A stretch of 62,993 nt of DNA, filler included, from Lenisia limosa (lineage: Eukaryota; Protista; Breviatea): NCBI GenBank assembly GCA_001655205.1. It is 11 parts of 11 records of this genome, joined end to end, with 100 filler letters (N's around TTAATTAATTAA, not from the genome) between each part and the next. Parts side by side here need not be neighbours in the genome. Positions count along the whole stretch, not along the records: positions 59,369 to 62,993 come from LPNZ01011216.1; 10 more parts are not named here. One strand, given 5' to 3'. The notes below the pieces were generated by a model that made no database searches, had not been told where the DNA came from, and was given only the letters and a program-made list of their open reading frames with translations. Each line of letters starts with the position of its first letter. The stretch's first letter is position 1. Of this stretch, positions 59,730 to 62,993 are shown one piece after another. The translations under genes were made by a program, and so were the position numbers.

Positions 59730-62700
59730 ATTCTTTTCTTGCTGAAGCCCACTGCAATTCGGAGAGTTTAGCCATGTCAGAAGGTGTTTCCGTAGGCATT
59801 TCGCTAAAGAGTTATTAGGGCTACGAAAAAGATAGGAAACATCATAATATCTACACTGGCCAGGATAAATCCTGACCGATTTTCCTTGGCAAATAATCAT
59901 TGCAAATGGTCGAGACTTTTCACAGTTACTGTAACTAATTATGTACATTAATGATTGAGATATTCAATCTTTTAACGCGAAAGGAAGCAAACTTTTACGA
60001 TTCGTGATTAGTAACTGTAGGTCAATACGAAATTACCTTCGCCCCCCTTACTCCACAAGATGCATGGATTCTGCCTCCCTTAGTTTGGTCTGAGACTCAG
60101 CTAGTTGGATACGAAGCTCTATAATGGGTGAAAACAAGATCAAATGGGGAAGGGGGGTTGAAATAGGGGGAAACACGACTATTGCTCGGAGCTGAATATG
60201 AGGTATCATAACACTGCGTNNNNNNNNNNNNNNNNNNNNNNNNNNNNNNNNNNNNNNNNNNNNNNNNNNNNNNNNNNNNNNNNNNNNNNNNNNNNNNNNN
60301 NNNNNNNNNNNNNNNNNNNNNNNNNNNNNNNNNNNNNNNNNNNNNNNNNNNNNCAACAGAGAGTTAATTCCTATTTATGCCTTATCATTTCAAATACACA
60401 GGTTTTTTCCTATTTTTGCCTGATCTTTCTAAATTAAAAGAATTTAAACTGTCACATCTTTAGAAAAGCATATAAAATACTCTTTCTTCACCAAAAGCAG
60501 AGAAAATGCCATCTTTCTAAACTAAAAGCAAGATTCTTATCACTTTGACTGATTAGACGAATTGTGTTGATCGTAACAAATAGTTATTTTTGTGTATTTT
60601 CGGTGCATCGTTTTCTGCAGAGAATAATATTTTCAAAAATTCTTAAAAATACACAATAATTTGTTGTAGTATATTAATTACCCCCACCTTCTTGTCGCTG
60701 AGTTGTTGCTTGCAGTCTTCTTTTGTGTCAGACAGTTCTAAAGAAATAAGTGCGTTGGAAATAAGAAATAAATTTAGTTTTTAAAAAGATATACAGTGAC
60801 AGGATAAGTCTTGACCGATTTTCCTTGGGGAATCACATAGCAAATTGGTCAAGACCTTCCCTGGTCAGTGTAGTTTTTAGAAAGAAATATTGTGTATGGT
60901 TTGTAGTTGTCGCAAAATGAGTCTGATTTCGCGAGTAACTAGTGAAGAAACAAGTGTGTTCCACCACCCTGCCTCCCTCGACATACACACAATAAACAAC
61001 ATCACTCTCCCTCCTCCATAAAAAGAAATCACATTTGTCTAAACAGAAAACAAATACTGCTAAAACAAATATTATACACATCCCCCCCACCTTTCCTCAG
61101 AGCTTTGACCACATTTTGATGCACAACAGAAGTGACAAACCCGTCTCCAAGAATCTCTTCGGTGCTAGCATCAAGCTTGTTTGTTCGGAATTCTGCTAAT
61201 TCTCTTTCAAGCTCCTCCTGTGCGGAGTAAAAATGATGTAAATATTGAGAATTTAAAAAACAAAATAACCCCAGAGTAAACACTGTTNNNNNNNNNNNNN
61301 NNNNNNNNNNNNNNNNNNNNNNNNNNNNNNNNNNNNNNNNNNNNNNNNNNNNNNNNNNNNNNNNNNNNNNNNNNNNNNNNNNNNNNNNNNNNNNNNCGCT
61401 CCACATTGGAAACTGAATGTTGATAATGGAAGGGAGAAATTGTTTCACAGTTGAAGATTTCAAGGAATAAAATGGTTTAAGTTTTGAAAATGGAAGCGGA
61501 ATTATTAAAAACTTCGAGTCTTGTTGCTAATTATGAAATGTGAACATCTCAGGACCCATTTATTGGGGGCTTCCATCTTCTTTCTCCCTACTCTACTAAG
61601 AGGAAAATAGATATTTTAAATGGGTCCGCGGAGGGGGGTGTCCTTTACTGCCCTTACAGATGACCCCCTCCTCCTCCAAAAAAACCCACTTTCATCTTCT
61701 GGGTGTTCACCCTCAGCTGAGCGAGCTAAATAATCAGAGAAATCAGGAATTGTTTTTTGGAGAGATAGAATAGAGTGAAGGAAATTACCATAGGAAGTTA
61801 AAACCTTAACATTGCATGCTTCGAAAACTAAGACGACACGATAGAGTTCAAGAAATAGAATCTCGAGGCCCAAAAATGACCCCATCAACCGACAACCACC
61901 TTAAAGGTGTACCACAAAGAAGAAGACCGGTAAAATATCGATAGTTTCAAAGCAACTTGATGAATTTGAGTAATTTCAATTCCATCCCCCCAACAATTCC
62001 CCCAACAAATAAATCAACAAAAATCAGTAAAATCAGTAAAATCAACAATATCAACAAAATCAGCAAAATCAACAAAACAAAATCAGAAAATAAACCAACA
62101 AACAACAAATAAATCAAAACACTCCCAAACCCACCAAGAGACAGCGCGTCCGTGAGAGACATTTTGAGATCTGCAATCTCATCATCTAGCTTCTGGGGGG
62201 AAAGGGCGAAGTAAAATTGGAAAAACTATGAGAAAAAAAAAAAAAAGCATGTTGGCTGACAGCACACGAGGGTTGATAACAATAAAACACAGGCCAGTCG
62301 CCTCGGCAGCACCNNNNNNNNNNNNNNNNNNNNNNNNNNNNNNNNNNNNNNNNNNNTAAAAGACACAGTGACCAGGATAAGTTTTGATCGATTTACAATT
62401 GATAATCAGATAGAAAATCGGTTCAGACATCCCGGTCACTGTACCTTCTTCCACTATCACATGCCTTCTCTTACCATCACCTCCCCCCACCCTTTTCTCT
62501 ATTTATCTATTTATCGCTTACTCTCTCTCAATATCTATATCCCCCCCCCCCNNNNNNNNNNNNNNNNNNNNNNNNNNNNNNNNNNNNNNNNNNNNNNNNN
62601 NNNNNNNNNNNNNNNNNNNNNNNNNNNNNNNNNNNNNNNNNNNNNNNNNNNNNNNNNNNNNNNNNNNNNNNNNNNNNNNNNNNNNNNNNNNNNNNNNNNN

Positions 62701-62955
62701 NNNNNNNNNNNNNNNNNNNNNNNNNNNNNNNNNNNNNNNNNNNNNNNNNNNNNNNNCAAATCAATTCTACTTGGCTGATAACAACTCTGTACAAACAGCT
62801 TCTTGCTGCCTCCTCAGGATAAACACATACAAGTATATTCAGAAAATAAATATACAATGGTCATAATATATATTATATATCCATCTCCCCCAAACCTGTG
62901 CAGCTTTATCCATGTTGATCTGAGCCTGTGCAATAGCCGCATCACGTTGCTTGGA
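59730..62955 (-). CDS. Coiled-coil protein, 3' portion
   Basis: Short heptad-like exons QRDAAIAQAQINMDKAAQ, LDDEIADLKMSLTDALSL, EELERELAEFRTNKLDASTEEILG, ELSDTKEDCKQQLSDKK, ELRIQLAESQTKLREAESMHL with GT-AG borders. Confidence 0.55.
59854..59931. mobile_element. MITE family 2 copy
   Basis: ta-CACTGGCCAGGATAAATCCTGACCGATTTTCCTTGG...CAGTTACTG-ta. Confidence 0.65.
60794..60870. mobile_element. MITE family 2 (TA-flanked, CAGTG termini; Tc1/mariner-like)
   Basis: ta-CAGTGACAGGATAAGTCTTGACCGATTT...AAATTGGTCAAGACCTTCCCTGGTCAGTG-ta. Confidence 0.75.
62010..62115. repeat. Degenerate 9-bp AAAATCA(A/G)(C/T) tandem repeat in an intron
   Basis: AAAATCAGT/AAAATCAAC reiterations. Confidence 0.75.
62366..62441. 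mobile_element. MITE family 2 copy
   Basis: CAGTGACCAGGATAAGTTTTGATCGATTT...AAATCGGTTCAGACATCCCGGTCACTG-ta. Confidence 0.7.
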
Positions 62956-62993
62956 AATAAGTGGAGGGGGGGGGGGATCTCCGTTCTCCCACC

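Noticed and set aside
264-62857. Many listed ORFs containing X runs, or poly-L, poly-C or F/L/S-rich translations (e.g. 11941-12162, 52455-52871, 61947-62162)
   Set aside because: These are artefacts of N gaps, microsatellites or antisense reading of tandem repeats.
12688-62993. A window-wide 'flagellar or trafficking gene cluster' (dynein, Hook, CNG channel, SPG11, repeat protein)
   Set aside because: The genes lie on different concatenated scaffolds, so adjacency across spacers is meaningless. Only the channel and dynein share a scaffold, and eukaryotic neighbours need not be functionally linked.
1-62993. Alternative genetic code or non-canonical (AT-AC) introns
   Set aside because: Conserved exons (ankyrin, CNBD, dynein) translate cleanly with the standard code and join with GT-AG borders.

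Overview
This is not one contiguous locus. It is eukaryotic draft-assembly DNA made of 11 scaffolds joined by ten artificial 100-nt spacers (44 N + TTAATTAATTAA + 44 N), with many further N gaps. The organism is very intron-rich (exons mostly 40-200 nt, many introns about 45-70 nt, GT-AG, standard code). It appears flagellated, since it encodes an outer-arm dynein heavy chain; I cannot name the taxon. All gene models were spliced by eye. Recognisable genes: a spatacsin/SPG11 homologue, a type I membrane protein with many laminin-type EGF repeats, an ankyrin-repeat protein, a cyclic-nucleotide-binding 6TM channel with a TAVGYGE filter, the 5' end of a DNAH5/8-like dynein, a Hook-like CH/coiled-coil protein, and a HEAT/ARM-like protein with internally duplicated exon blocks, plus several hypothetical genes. 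Most notable unexplained structures: (1) an abundant ~100-bp hAT-type MITE (TAGGGC...GCCCTA, 8-bp TSDs, two subfamilies) whose core has TCGA motifs and A-tracts phased at 10-11 bp; (2) a protein built from a repeated two-exon module, including three 43-nt exons; (3) recurrent short tandem duplications of splice sites; (4) a second, TA-flanked MITE family. No rRNA, tRNA, CRISPR array or autonomous transposase was recognised.
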